Source of the DNA: Acidobacteriota bacterium
GTDB taxonomy: Bacteria; Acidobacteriota; CAIWXX01
Direction: 5' to 3'
DNA length: 64,000 nucleotides
NCBI GenBank assembly: GCA_040755995.1
Contig: JBFMAF010000018.1
Span: 1 to 64,000, forward strand
Shown: positions 46,252-55,375 of the stretch, piece after piece
Layout of the letters: each line of letters starts with the position of its first letter
Numbering within the stretch: the stretch's first letter is position 1
Translations under genes and position numbers: made by a program
The notes under the pieces: generated by a model
What the model was told of the DNA's origin: nothing
Databases searched by the model: none
Seen by the model: only the letters and a program-made list of their open reading frames with translations

Positions 46252-47676
46252 CTAGGGCCTGGGTACTGACGTGCCCTTCCCCTTGAGTCGCTTGCTGAGT
46301 GCTTGCTGCGTAATCCCCAGCAGCCGCGCTGCCACCGATTGGTTGCCATCAGCGCGTCTCATGGCCTCGGCAACGAGGCTCCTGGCGGCCTGCTTCAAGG
46401 TGGGTAGCACCTCCGGGAATAGCAGCTGCGGCCCGCTCTGCATCGCGGCCGCCCGGTCCTCCGTCAAGCCCTCGGGCGCCATCTTCTGGACGATGGCCTC
46501 CCTCGAGATCTTCCCATGTCTCTGCCGCGTGACGGCATCCAGCATCATCGACTTCAGCTCTCGCACATTGCCTGGGAACTGGTAGTTCGCAAGAAGCGCA
46601 GCCAGTTCGGGCGGAACCGTGGGCTTCTGCTTGCCGAGCTCTCGTGAAAAGAGCGCCAGGAAGTGCTCCACCAGCAACGGAATGTCCTCCCGCCGATTCC
46701 TCAGCGGCGGAACCGCGATCTCGTGCGCAGATAGCCTGTAGTACAGATCTCTGCGAAATCCCCCGGTCAGCTGGTCCCGGCGAAGATCGTGGTTGCTGGC
46801 GACGATGATTCTGGCATCGGCTCTGCGGGCGGCGTCCGACCCTATCGGGGAGTACTCCGATTCCTGCACGAGCCGGAGGAGCTTCACCTGTGAGGCCGCG
46901 CTCAGATCGCCGATTTCGTCAAGAAACAGCGTTCCGCCGGAGGCCTTAGCCACGAGGCCCTCACGAGGTTGATCGGCCCCCGTGAAGCCGCCCTTGACGT
47001 GACCGAAGAGCGCATCGGCGAACAGCTGGTCGTCAAGACCCGCCACGTTGACGGGCACGAAGGGCCCGCTGCGAGCCGACGCCCGGTGGATCGCCTGTGC
47101 GACAAGCTCCTTGCCCGTACCGGTCTCCCCGGTTATGAGCACCGGATGTGGGCCCCTTGCGATGGCCTCGACGTACTGGAAGATCGCCAGCATCGAGGCG
47201 CTTCGCGTGACTATCTCTTCGAAGAGCTCCGGGTGCTCCAGCGTCTGGGAGAGCATGCGGTGCCGCAGGTGGCGATTCTCCTGCTGGAGCGCCGAGAGGC
47301 CGACGGCATGTCGCACAGATGCCAACAACCGGTCTGGCTCCACGGGCTTGACAAGGAAATCGAAGGCCCCCTTCCTCATGCACTGCACAGCCGTCTCGAC
47401 GGTATCGACACCTGTGACAATGATCACCGGGACCTCCGGGAACTCCCGCGACACGCTCGTCAGCAATTCCTCGCCGGACACGTGCGGCAGGCCGAGATCG
47501 AGCAACACGGCGCTCGCTCCTCGATGCGCGAGCTCCGGAATAAGCGCCCGTGGATCGGCATGGCACAGCACATTGTTCAGTCCCTGTGCGCGCAGCAGTG
47601 TCTCCATGCCATGCAGCGCAGCCACCTCGTCGTCGATGATCAGGATGGCGGGGTCCGGGTACTTGGAGTGGTTCAT
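46252..47676 (-). CDS. NtrC-family sigma54 response regulator
   Basis: Receiver (IDDE, LDLGLP, VKP), GETGTGKE, GGFTGA, LDEIG, PGNVREL and an HTH. Confidence 0.94.
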   Translation of the reverse strand: MNHSKYPDPAILIIDDEVAALHGMETLLRAQGLNNVLCHADPRALIPELAHRGASAVLLDLGLPHVSGEELLTSVSREFPEVPVIIVTGVDTVETAVQCMRKGAFDFLVKPVEPDRLLASVRHAVGLSALQQENRHLRHRMLSQTLEHPELFEEIVTRSASMLAIFQYVEAIARGPHPVLITGETGTGKELVAQAIHRASARSGPFVPVNVAGLDDQLFADALFGHVKGGFTGADQPREGLVAKASGGTLFLDEIGDLSAASQVKLLRLVQESEYSPIGSDAARRADARIIVASNHDLRRDQLTGGFRRDLYYRLSAHEIAVPPLRNRREDIPLLVEHFLALFSRELGKQKPTVPPELAALLANYQFPGNVRELKSMMLDAVTRQRHGKISREAIVQKMAPEGLTEDRAAAMQSGPQLLFPEVLPTLKQAARSLVAEAMRRADGNQSVAARLLGITQQALSKRLKGKGTSVPRP

Positions 47677-47754
47677 TTCGAAACTCGAGATTCGAATTCC
47701 GAATTCCGAATCTCTTCTGTCGTCACTGGCTCAGCGTCAAGCGACCAGAATGCC

Positions 47755-47807
47755 TTGAAGGAAGAGAACATGTTGCGATTGAGTCGAGTATTTGGCGCGC
47801 TGCGTCA
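47755..47807 (-). repeat. Right arm of the inverted repeat flanking the NtrC-like gene
   Basis: ATGTTGCGATTGAGTC at 47770-47785 is the exact reverse complement of the left core. Confidence 0.7.
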
Positions 47808-47884
47808 ATGGCCAGGTTCGCACCGGCCTTCGGCCCGGGTACGGCGGCTGGGGTTATGCGTCATCGGTGAGAGGCCGCGCCTCG

Positions 47885-49750
47885 CTAGCTATCCGGCTCC
47901 GGCTCCGCTTTCGTTTCCGTGCCCAACGAATCGATCAGTGCCTGGAGGTACATCACAGGCGATGCCTCCACCTGCGACATCAGCCTCCGCCGCTCGTCCT
48001 CTGCCGCCCTCAGCCTGTCTATGACAGCCAGGCTCTCCGTCCGCTCGTCCAGGGATTCGGTGACCAGTCCTACGCCTCCGCTGGGATCAGCAGTGGGATA
48101 GGCCGAGACGAAGAGCTTCCGAGCCCGATTGGCGATGTTCATCGGCACGGTGTTCTGCTCGACGCGTCCGGACTCAAAGGCCGTAAGAATCGGACAGCCG
48201 GGGCAGATGCCCGGAAGTCCGAGCGCTTCGTAGCATCGCCTGCCGATCAAGTCGCGGAACTGGCGCTGCCTGGTGAGCCCGAGCATGGCACGATTGAGGT
48301 GGAGAACAGTCAGGTTCCGGTCGAGGAGGAAGGTTGGATTGGCATGACTGTCCACAATCTGCCTGTACTTCTCACGGCTTCTTGTGATCGTGCCGAGCAG
48401 ATCGGTGGCTTCTTGAAGGCGGGGCCCCATCTGCTGAAGCGATTCCTGCAGCTCCTGGACCCGCTCGTTCTCCTTCATAAGCTCGGTGACCTGGGCACCG
48501 AGCAACTCCTTCTCCAATGACAGGCTGTTTCGTTCGCCCTCGACACTCTCCAGCTCTCCGCGAAGCATCCCGGATACCTCGCGCTCGCTGGCGAGGTCCT
48601 GTTCCAGCCGCGTGATTTCCGCGCGCACCCTCCGGATTTCCTCTTCGAGCCCGGCCACGCGATCCCTCAGCTCACGGACCTCGCCCACCGCGGCCCCCGC
48701 CGCGGCCAGCTCGTTCCGGGCCGCATCCAGCTGGTGCCGCAGCGAGGCGGCTTCGGCGCCGGCGCCAGTCTGGGCCTCTTCGAGCTGCCGGCGTATTGTG
48801 CCCCGGTCGCGCTCGATCGTGTCGATCTGCATCAGCAGCTCCTGCTCCCTGACCTGAAGCTGCGACAGATTGCCCATCAACATGTCGATCTCGTTGGACT
48901 GTTGCAGCCTGTCGGCCGACCGCTCCTCCTCGATCCGTTCCAGTGTCTGCCTGAGCTCCGCCGTCTGGGCCTCGGCTGCTTTGAGCCGGGCTGCCAGTTC
49001 CTGGCGCTCGTGCTCCACCTTGGCCACGCGTGCCTCGGCTGCCTGCCCGCCGCCCCCGACCTTCAGCAGGTCGCGCATCCGCAAGTCCACGTCAGTCTCG
49101 CGACGCTTGGCCTCATCCTGGAGGCGCTGGCGCATCTGCTGCTCCCGCATGACTGTTTCCTGCAGCTGCTCCGCCATCCGCTGGAACGACGTGACGTTCT
49201 CCTCTGCGACGCGCAGGTTCTCCTCGATCTGCTGCGTCTTGGCGAAGGCTCGTTCGAGCTCGGCCTGATGCTTCTGCCTCTCTTGTTCGAGCATCCCCTG
49301 GAGCTTCTCCATGTCGGCAGGTGGCGCAGCAGCAGGAGCGGCGGCGGCAGTGTCGGAGGCGAGCGCCGCCTGACCTGGTACGGCGAAGTTGGAGCAGACG
49401 AGCTGGACGAGCCCCTCCTCGCGCGGGTTCATCTCCCCGTCGACTCGCTCCCGCAGCACGCCCAGAAAATCCGTGCCGCCGGCGTCTTCCTGGATGAGGA
49501 AGATCGACATGATGTGATCCTTGAGAGCGATGGACGAAGGACGCTGCGTGGCCCTCCATTTCAGGAACAGGGTCTTCAACAGCTTGTTCCCCTTGGTCCC
49601 GATGTCGAAGAACTGGCTCTTTCCGCTGAGGGCATCGACGATGTTCTCGTCCTTGACGCGGAACGCGAACACGTTCTGGAACTGGAATCCTTCGATCGAG
49701 AGAATGTCCCGCAGGAGAGGTCGGTAAGTCTCCAGAGTCTCTGCTTTCAT
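47885..49750 (-). CDS. Long coiled-coil protein with a C-terminal PAS domain
   Basis: More than 300 aa of E/Q/R/L heptads, then KYRQIVDS..FLLDRNLTVLHLNRA..GRRCYEALG..CPGCP. Confidence 0.8.
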   Translation of the reverse strand: MKAETLETYRPLLRDILSIEGFQFQNVFAFRVKDENIVDALSGKSQFFDIGTKGNKLLKTLFLKWRATQRPSSIALKDHIMSIFLIQEDAGGTDFLGVLRERVDGEMNPREEGLVQLVCSNFAVPGQAALASDTAAAAPAAAPPADMEKLQGMLEQERQKHQAELERAFAKTQQIEENLRVAEENVTSFQRMAEQLQETVMREQQMRQRLQDEAKRRETDVDLRMRDLLKVGGGGQAAEARVAKVEHERQELAARLKAAEAQTAELRQTLERIEEERSADRLQQSNEIDMLMGNLSQLQVREQELLMQIDTIERDRGTIRRQLEEAQTGAGAEAASLRHQLDAARNELAAAGAAVGEVRELRDRVAGLEEEIRRVRAEITRLEQDLASEREVSGMLRGELESVEGERNSLSLEKELLGAQVTELMKENERVQELQESLQQMGPRLQEATDLLGTITRSREKYRQIVDSHANPTFLLDRNLTVLHLNRAMLGLTRQRQFRDLIGRRCYEALGLPGICPGCPILTAFESGRVEQNTVPMNIANRARKLFVSAYPTADPSGGVGLVTESLDERTESLAVIDRLRAAEDERRRLMSQVEASPVMYLQALIDSLGTETKAEPEPDS

Positions 49751-49922
49751 GTGCGATCCTCTTCGGCTCTAATCCGCGATCTTACCCCAGCGCACGCCGT
49801 TTTTCAATGATCTACTGGACTCTTGGACTCTACTGGACCATGACTCTCACTGCGGCCTTAGGATCGAGGAGGGGCCGGCCGACCCAAAGGGCCGATGTGG
49901 CGATGGTCGATCGGGCAGGCAT

Positions 49923-49951
49923 TTGACCCCTGAGCAGCCCGCGTGCATAAT
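49923..49951 (+). promoter_or_regulatory. Putative sigma70 promoter for the MFS-murA-HIT genes
   Basis: TTGACC-17-CATAAT. Confidence 0.5.
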
Positions 49952-49998
49952 GCGCCCGCGCCCCTGGGGTTGCCCGGTGAGGCGGGAAAGGGAGATTT

Positions 49999-51282
49999 AT
50001 GGCGGAAACCGCCGAATCAGGGGCAATGTCACCAGCGTATCGTTGGACTGTCCTCGTCCTCATCAGTCTGGCCATGTTTGGGAACTACTATGTGTACGAC
50101 TCGATTTCACCACTGGCCGATGTGCTGAAAGCGCAGCTGGGCTTCACCGATGCGAACATCGGCCTACTTAACGCCATCTACAGCATCCCCAATGTCTTGA
50201 TGGTGCTGATCGGTGGCCTGATCATCGACCGCGTCGGCACACGGAAAGCGACGCTGCTGTTCGGAGTGCTCTGCTTCCTCGGTGCAGTGGTCACGGTGAC
50301 CAGGGGCGACCTGGTGGTAATGGCTGCTGGGCGGTTGATCTTCGGACTCGGCGCCGAGTCGCTTATTGTCGCGGTCACGACTGCTATTGCCAAGTGGTTC
50401 CGCGGGAAGGAACTCTCTTTTGCGTTCGGGATGAACCTGACGATCGCACGGCTCGGGTCCTTCGCCGCCCTGAACGCGCCCAGTTGGGCCCCTGGCGCCT
50501 ATGCGAAATGGCAATGGCCCCTGCTCATTTCGGTGGGGATGGCGACATTCTGCGTTACCGGGGCCGTCCTTTACTGGCTTCTCGAACTGCGCGCTGAGCG
50601 CCAGTACGCCCTCGGCGAGGGCGGTCCAACCGACAAGGTCGTGTTCGCCGACCTGTTCCGATTCGGCCTGTCCTACTGGTTGGTCGTCGCGCTGTGTGTC
50701 ACGTTCTACTCCGCAATATTCCCGTTTCAGACGTTCGCCGTGAAATTCTTCATCGAAGCGCACGGCGCCTCGCGGCAGTTCGGCGGCCTCCTGTCCAGTC
50801 TGCTCACCCTCTTTGCCATGATCTGTACGCCGCTGTTCGGGTTGCTGGTGGACAGGGTGGGGAAGCGGTCTCTGTTCATGATGTTCGGCTCGCTCCTCCT
50901 TCTGCCCGTCTACCTCATGATGGCTTACACTCACGCGCCATTGCTGGTGCCGATGGCAATGATGGGCATCGCGTTCTCTCTGATTCCTGCGGTGATGTGG
51001 CCATCCGTTGCCTACATTGTGGAGCAGAACAAGCTGGGAACGGCGCTGGGGCTGATGACCATGATACAGAACATCGGGCTGGCCGGTTTCAACCTCCTCA
51101 TCGGGTGGGCTAACGACCGCTGGATGGCGAGTGCGGCCAACCCGGCGGGCTACCGTCCGGGCATGTGGATGTTCTCGATGCTCGGAATCAGCGGCCTGGT
51201 CTTTGCCTTGCTGCTCAGGCTGCGCGAGACCGGCCCGCACGCACGCGGCCTGGAGACCATCACGACTTCATCGAGTCACTAG
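49999..51282 (+). CDS. MFS transporter
   Basis: About 12 hydrophobic segments, with motif A as GLIIDRVGTRK and GLLVDRVGKR. Confidence 0.92.
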   Translation: MAETAESGAMSPAYRWTVLVLISLAMFGNYYVYDSISPLADVLKAQLGFTDANIGLLNAIYSIPNVLMVLIGGLIIDRVGTRKATLLFGVLCFLGAVVTVTRGDLVVMAAGRLIFGLGAESLIVAVTTAIAKWFRGKELSFAFGMNLTIARLGSFAALNAPSWAPGAYAKWQWPLLISVGMATFCVTGAVLYWLLELRAERQYALGEGGPTDKVVFADLFRFGLSYWLVVALCVTFYSAIFPFQTFAVKFFIEAHGASRQFGGLLSSLLTLFAMICTPLFGLLVDRVGKRSLFMMFGSLLLLPVYLMMAYTHAPLLVPMAMMGIAFSLIPAVMWPSVAYIVEQNKLGTALGLMTMIQNIGLAGFNLLIGWANDRWMASAANPAGYRPGMWMFSMLGISGLVFALLLRLRETGPHARGLETITTSSSH

Positions 51283-51296
51283 CCTGGAGCAGTGAA

Positions 51297-52547
51297 ATGG
51301 ACAAGCTGCGGATCTCAGGTGGAAAGAAGCTCTCGGGGACCGTGCGGATCGCGGGGGCGAAGAATGCCGCTCTACCGGCGCTTACCGCATCCATCCTGAC
51401 CGGCGACACGCTGCAGTTGGAGAACTTGCCCGGCGTTGCGGATGTGCGGACTATGCTGCGGCTGCTGGATCACATCGGAGCCGTCCAGCAACGCGATGAC
51501 GCCCAGTGCCGGATCTCGTTCCCGGAGTTGAAATCGCACGAGGCGCCCTACGAGATGGTCAAGACCATGCGCGCGTCCGTGCTGGTGCTCGGTCCCCTGC
51601 TCGCGCGGTTCGGTCGCGCGCGGGTCTCGCTTCCCGGGGGCTGCGCGATTGGTGATCGGCCGATCAACCTCCACCTGGACGCTCTTGCGAGGATGGGTGC
51701 CGAGCTTCTCATCGAGCACGGGTACGTTGACGCCCGCTGCCGGCGGCTTCGCGGCGCCAAGATCTTCTTCGATATCCCGACGGTGACCGGTACGGAGAAC
51801 ATCCTGATGGCGGCCTCCCTCGCCGACGGCCGCACCGAGCTCCACAACTGCGCCCGTGAACCGGAGGTCGTCGACGTAGCACGGTTGCTGAGAGGAATGG
51901 GCGCGCAGATCGAGGGCGAGGGGTCGGAAAGAATCGTCATCCGTGGTGTCGAGCGCCTGCACGGCACCAGCCACACGGTTATCCCAGATCGCATCGAGGC
52001 CGGGACCTACATGACCGCCGCGGCGATCACAGAGGGGGACGTGCTCATCGAGCAATGCCGCCCCGATCATCTCGACGCGCTCATCTCGCTGCTCACGGCA
52101 ACCGGCCAAGTCGTCGAAGAAGACAACGCGCGTATCCGAGTCAAGGGCAGGCGCCCGATCAGGCCGCACGACGCTCGCACCGCGCCCTATCCGCATTTCC
52201 CTACCGACATGCAGGCCCAGTTCATGGCGTTCATGACCCAGGCCAACGGGATTTCGATGATCACCGAGGAGATTTTCAACAACCGATTCATGCACGTGAG
52301 GGAGCTCTGCCGCATGGGGGCCAATATCCAGGTGGCAGGGAGCAGGGCCGTGGTGACAGGTCCCACGCCTCTTTCCGGCGCGAACGTCATGGCCACCGAT
52401 CTCCGCGCCAGCGCTTCATTGGTTGTCGCGGCGCTTGCGGCAGCCGGCGATACGGTGATCGAACGCGTCTATCATTTGGACCGCGGGTACGAGCGCATGG
52501 AGCAGAAGATGATGGGACTCGGAGCCGTAGTCGAGCGAATCCGGTAG
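51297..52547 (+). CDS. murA: UDP-N-acetylglucosamine 1-carboxyvinyltransferase
   Basis: GAKNAALP, MRAS, LPGGCAIG, FPTDMQAQ, DLRA and HLDRGYE motifs. Confidence 0.97.
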   Translation: MDKLRISGGKKLSGTVRIAGAKNAALPALTASILTGDTLQLENLPGVADVRTMLRLLDHIGAVQQRDDAQCRISFPELKSHEAPYEMVKTMRASVLVLGPLLARFGRARVSLPGGCAIGDRPINLHLDALARMGAELLIEHGYVDARCRRLRGAKIFFDIPTVTGTENILMAASLADGRTELHNCAREPEVVDVARLLRGMGAQIEGEGSERIVIRGVERLHGTSHTVIPDRIEAGTYMTAAAITEGDVLIEQCRPDHLDALISLLTATGQVVEEDNARIRVKGRRPIRPHDARTAPYPHFPTDMQAQFMAFMTQANGISMITEEIFNNRFMHVRELCRMGANIQVAGSRAVVTGPTPLSGANVMATDLRASASLVVAALAAAGDTVIERVYHLDRGYERMEQKMMGLGAVVERIR

Positions 52548-52592
52548 GAGCATCGCTGTCCATCCAGTGACAACGCCCATATGGAGTGCCAC

Positions 52593-52937
52593 ATGTCGAG
52601 TTGCCTCTTTTGCCAGATCGCTGAGAAGAAGAAGCCTTCCCGTGTGGTCTATGAGGATGAGCAGATGTTCGCTTTCGAGGACATCAACCCGCAGGCCCCC
52701 GTGCACATTCTCATCGTCCCGAAACGGCACGTGCCGGGCCTCGATCAGGCGTCGCAAGAGGACCGGCAGATGCTCGGCCAACTCCTCCTCGTCGCCCAGA
52801 AGATCGCCCGAGACAGGGGTATCCACGAGTCGGGGTATCGGCTCCTCGTGAATCAGGGACCGGATGCCGGCCAGAGCGTCTTCCATATGCATTTCCATCT
52901 GCTAGGCGGCCGGGTGCTCCACTGGCCCCCGGGATAG
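52593..52937 (+). CDS. Histidine triad (HIT) nucleotide-binding protein
   Basis: CLFC, DINPQAPVH and GQSVFHMHFH motifs. Confidence 0.95.
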   Translation: MSSCLFCQIAEKKKPSRVVYEDEQMFAFEDINPQAPVHILIVPKRHVPGLDQASQEDRQMLGQLLLVAQKIARDRGIHESGYRLLVNQGPDAGQSVFHMHFHLLGGRVLHWPPG

Positions 52938-53006
52938 TAGAGAATGGAGAGTGGAGAGTGGCGCGCCTCACGCCTGCGCGGTGCCCTTCGGACTTCGCAT
53001 CTTGCA

Positions 53007-53035
53007 TTGACAAGTCAGGCGGCGCCCTGGAGAAT
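53007..53035 (+). promoter_or_regulatory. Putative sigma70 promoter
   Basis: TTGACA-17-GAGAAT. Confidence 0.45.
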
Positions 53036-53127
53036 GTGATGGGCAACGGCCAGCTCGAGGGCTGGACCGTGCCGACCGGAGCGTTCCCGCGGCAACAGGC
53101 CACGAGCGATAAGAGGAGGAGAGAAAG

Positions 53128-53472
53128 ATGCCGGAAAAATCCAGCGAAAACGAATGGTTCCACAAGCACGAAATCGTTCTGATCCAGAGCGCGAAGCGAG
53201 CGCGGCAGCTGCGGGAGAAGGAGGAGCGGAGCAAGGCGGAGGCCGAAGAGGCGAAACAATTGCGCGAGCTTCACTGGATGCATTGTCCGAAGTGCGGGCA
53301 CAAGATGGAGGAGCTCGGCGAACGCGGCATCAAGATCGACCGTTGCATCAAATGCCACGGGATATACCTGGACCGCGGGGAACTCGAGGAGATCCTGCTC
53401 GCGCAATCCATAGCGAGGAGATCCATCTTCCGCAAGCTGGCAACGATCATCACCGGCGAGGAGATCAAGTAG
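53128..53472 (+). CDS. zf-TFIIB-like zinc-ribbon protein
   Basis: CPKCG...IDRCIKCHGIYLDRGELE. Confidence 0.85.
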   Translation: MPEKSSENEWFHKHEIVLIQSAKRARQLREKEERSKAEAEEAKQLRELHWMHCPKCGHKMEELGERGIKIDRCIKCHGIYLDRGELEEILLAQSIARRSIFRKLATIITGEEIK

Positions 53473-53554
53473 CGACCCGCTCGCGGCCTGCACTGCCACG
53501 AAGCCAGTCGCATTACGGCCCCGGCTGCCCCGTGACGGGCCTTGGAGCCTTTCG

Positions 53555-54016
53555 GTGCCTTATCTGATCGACGGCAACAACTTGATAGGCCTGACGGCGG
53601 GGCTGTCGTTGAAGGATGCCCGGAGCCGTCAGCTTCTCGTCCGCCGCATATGCGCGTACCAACGCCGCAAAGGCGGCAAGTACACCGTTTATTTCGACGG
53701 CGAACCTGAGACCGGTCCGCTCCGCCACGATCTCGATCTTAGAAACGTCGCTGTTCGCTTCTCGGGGAGAGGTGTAACCGCCGACGATATGATTCAGCGT
53801 GTGCTGCGGCGCGCAGCACATCCTCGCGAGTACACCGTGGTCAGCTCGGATCGCGAGCTGGCGCGAGCGTGCAAGGAGCTTGGCGCGCGCCAGATGAGCT
53901 GTGCCGACTTCAACGCGCAGATGCGTAAGCTCGAGGCCAAGCCGCTCGAGAAATGGGAATCACCCGTGACTGCCGCCGAGGTCGAAGAATGGCTGCGGCT
54001 CTTCCGGGAGAAGTGA
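53555..54016 (+). CDS. NYN/YacP-like PIN-fold nuclease
   Basis: YLIDGNNL, VYFDG, TADDMI and VVSSDREL motifs. Confidence 0.85.
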   Translation: MPYLIDGNNLIGLTAGLSLKDARSRQLLVRRICAYQRRKGGKYTVYFDGEPETGPLRHDLDLRNVAVRFSGRGVTADDMIQRVLRRAAHPREYTVVSSDRELARACKELGARQMSCADFNAQMRKLEAKPLEKWESPVTAAEVEEWLRLFREK

Positions 54017-54054
54017 CCGGGAATTTCGGATTTCGTGATTCCGGCTCGCCGTGC

Positions 54055-55326
54055 CTACCGGGTGATCCCCTCTAGCAGAACCGCAACTCCCTGACCGCCG
54101 GCTCCTCCGGCCGTAACCAGTCCCAGGCCGCCGCCGTTATCTATCAGGCGACGCGTGCACTGCAGCATCAGGCGCGCTCCGGTGGCGCCGAACGGATGGC
54201 CGCATGCCAGCGTGCCGCCGGCGGCGTTCACGCGGGCCTCGTCGATGTCGATCTGCCCAGCCAGGATCTGGTTGTGGCGAGTCAGGAAATCCTTGGAGCC
54301 CAGGGCTCTCATGTTGGCGAGAGCCTGCGCGGCCGATGCTTCGTGCATCTCCACGACGTCGATGTCCCTGAATGCCACGCCGGTCTGCAATAGCAACGAA
54401 GGAATACTGAGGGCCGGCCCGAGCAGCATCTCGTCGTCGGGCGGGAGAGCGGCGTACGAATAGGACTTTATGAAGGCCTTCGGCTCGTAGCCGAGCCTGC
54501 GTGCGTTGCGCTCGGATGTCAGAAGCAGCGCACACGCTCCGTCCGCGGGCTTTGCCGAGTTGCCGCTTGTCAAGGTGCCGGCCGGATCGACCAGCGGTGG
54601 GAGCGCGCCGAGCCTCTCGATCGATTCGTCGGAGCCGACGCCGCTGTCCGCCGTCAGGGTCGGATTCTTCTTGTCTCCTGTCTCTACGGGTTCCGTCTCG
54701 AGCCGTGCGCCACCGCCTGCGGCGGCCTTCTGGCGGCTTCTCATCGCCCAGCGGTCCTGTTCCTCACGCGAGATCGTGAACAGGCGGGCGACTCGTTCGC
54801 CGTACTGGTCCAGCGTCATACCCGTCGACGGCTCCACGAACTCGGGGATTTGGGGGAAGTAGTCGCCGGGGTGCCACTTGAGGGCGTTCACGAACTTCCT
54901 GAACTTCGACCTGGCGAAGTGCTTCGTGTACAGTCGCTGGGTCAGTCTGTCAGGGAACGCGATGGGCATGTTGGAGAGCGACTCGCTGCCGCCGGCCATG
55001 AATATCTTTTCCGGGTAGCTGTCGAGTGCGTCGCAGGCCGCGGTGATCGCGCGGATCGATGACAGCCCGGCGTGGCTCATCGTGACGCCGACGACTTTGG
55101 CTGAAAGGGCACGCAATGTGATCTCGCGCGCGAAATTGGGCACGCCGAGGGGAGGGTGGACGGTGCCCCAGATCAGCTCATCGATCTCGTCGGCGTGTAC
55201 GGTCACCCGCTTCAGCAGCCCCCGGACCGCCACAGCAGCCAGATCGATCGCTGATACCCGGGCAAGTTCCGCGTGATACGGGGCAAAAGGCGTCCGACAT
55301 CCACCGAGGATTGCTACTCTTTCCAT
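54055..55326 (-). CDS. Thiolase-fold (FadI-like) protein lacking the catalytic cysteines
   Basis: RTPF, AGGSES, TSGNS..ADGA and GHPFGATGAR are present. Both Cys positions read Gly. Confidence 0.85.
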   Translation of the reverse strand: MERVAILGGCRTPFAPYHAELARVSAIDLAAVAVRGLLKRVTVHADEIDELIWGTVHPPLGVPNFAREITLRALSAKVVGVTMSHAGLSSIRAITAACDALDSYPEKIFMAGGSESLSNMPIAFPDRLTQRLYTKHFARSKFRKFVNALKWHPGDYFPQIPEFVEPSTGMTLDQYGERVARLFTISREEQDRWAMRSRQKAAAGGGARLETEPVETGDKKNPTLTADSGVGSDESIERLGALPPLVDPAGTLTSGNSAKPADGACALLLTSERNARRLGYEPKAFIKSYSYAALPPDDEMLLGPALSIPSLLLQTGVAFRDIDVVEMHEASAAQALANMRALGSKDFLTRHNQILAGQIDIDEARVNAAGGTLACGHPFGATGARLMLQCTRRLIDNGGGLGLVTAGGAGGQGVAVLLEGITR

Positions 55327-55375
55327 GCTTCACCAGCTCTATATAAGACCTATTTGAAACGGCGGTATTCTATCA

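Noticed and set aside
47677..47713. Short degenerate 7-bp repeats (also near 49811, 52938 and 54020)
   Set aside because: Low-complexity intergenic microrepeats with differing units; no evidence of function.
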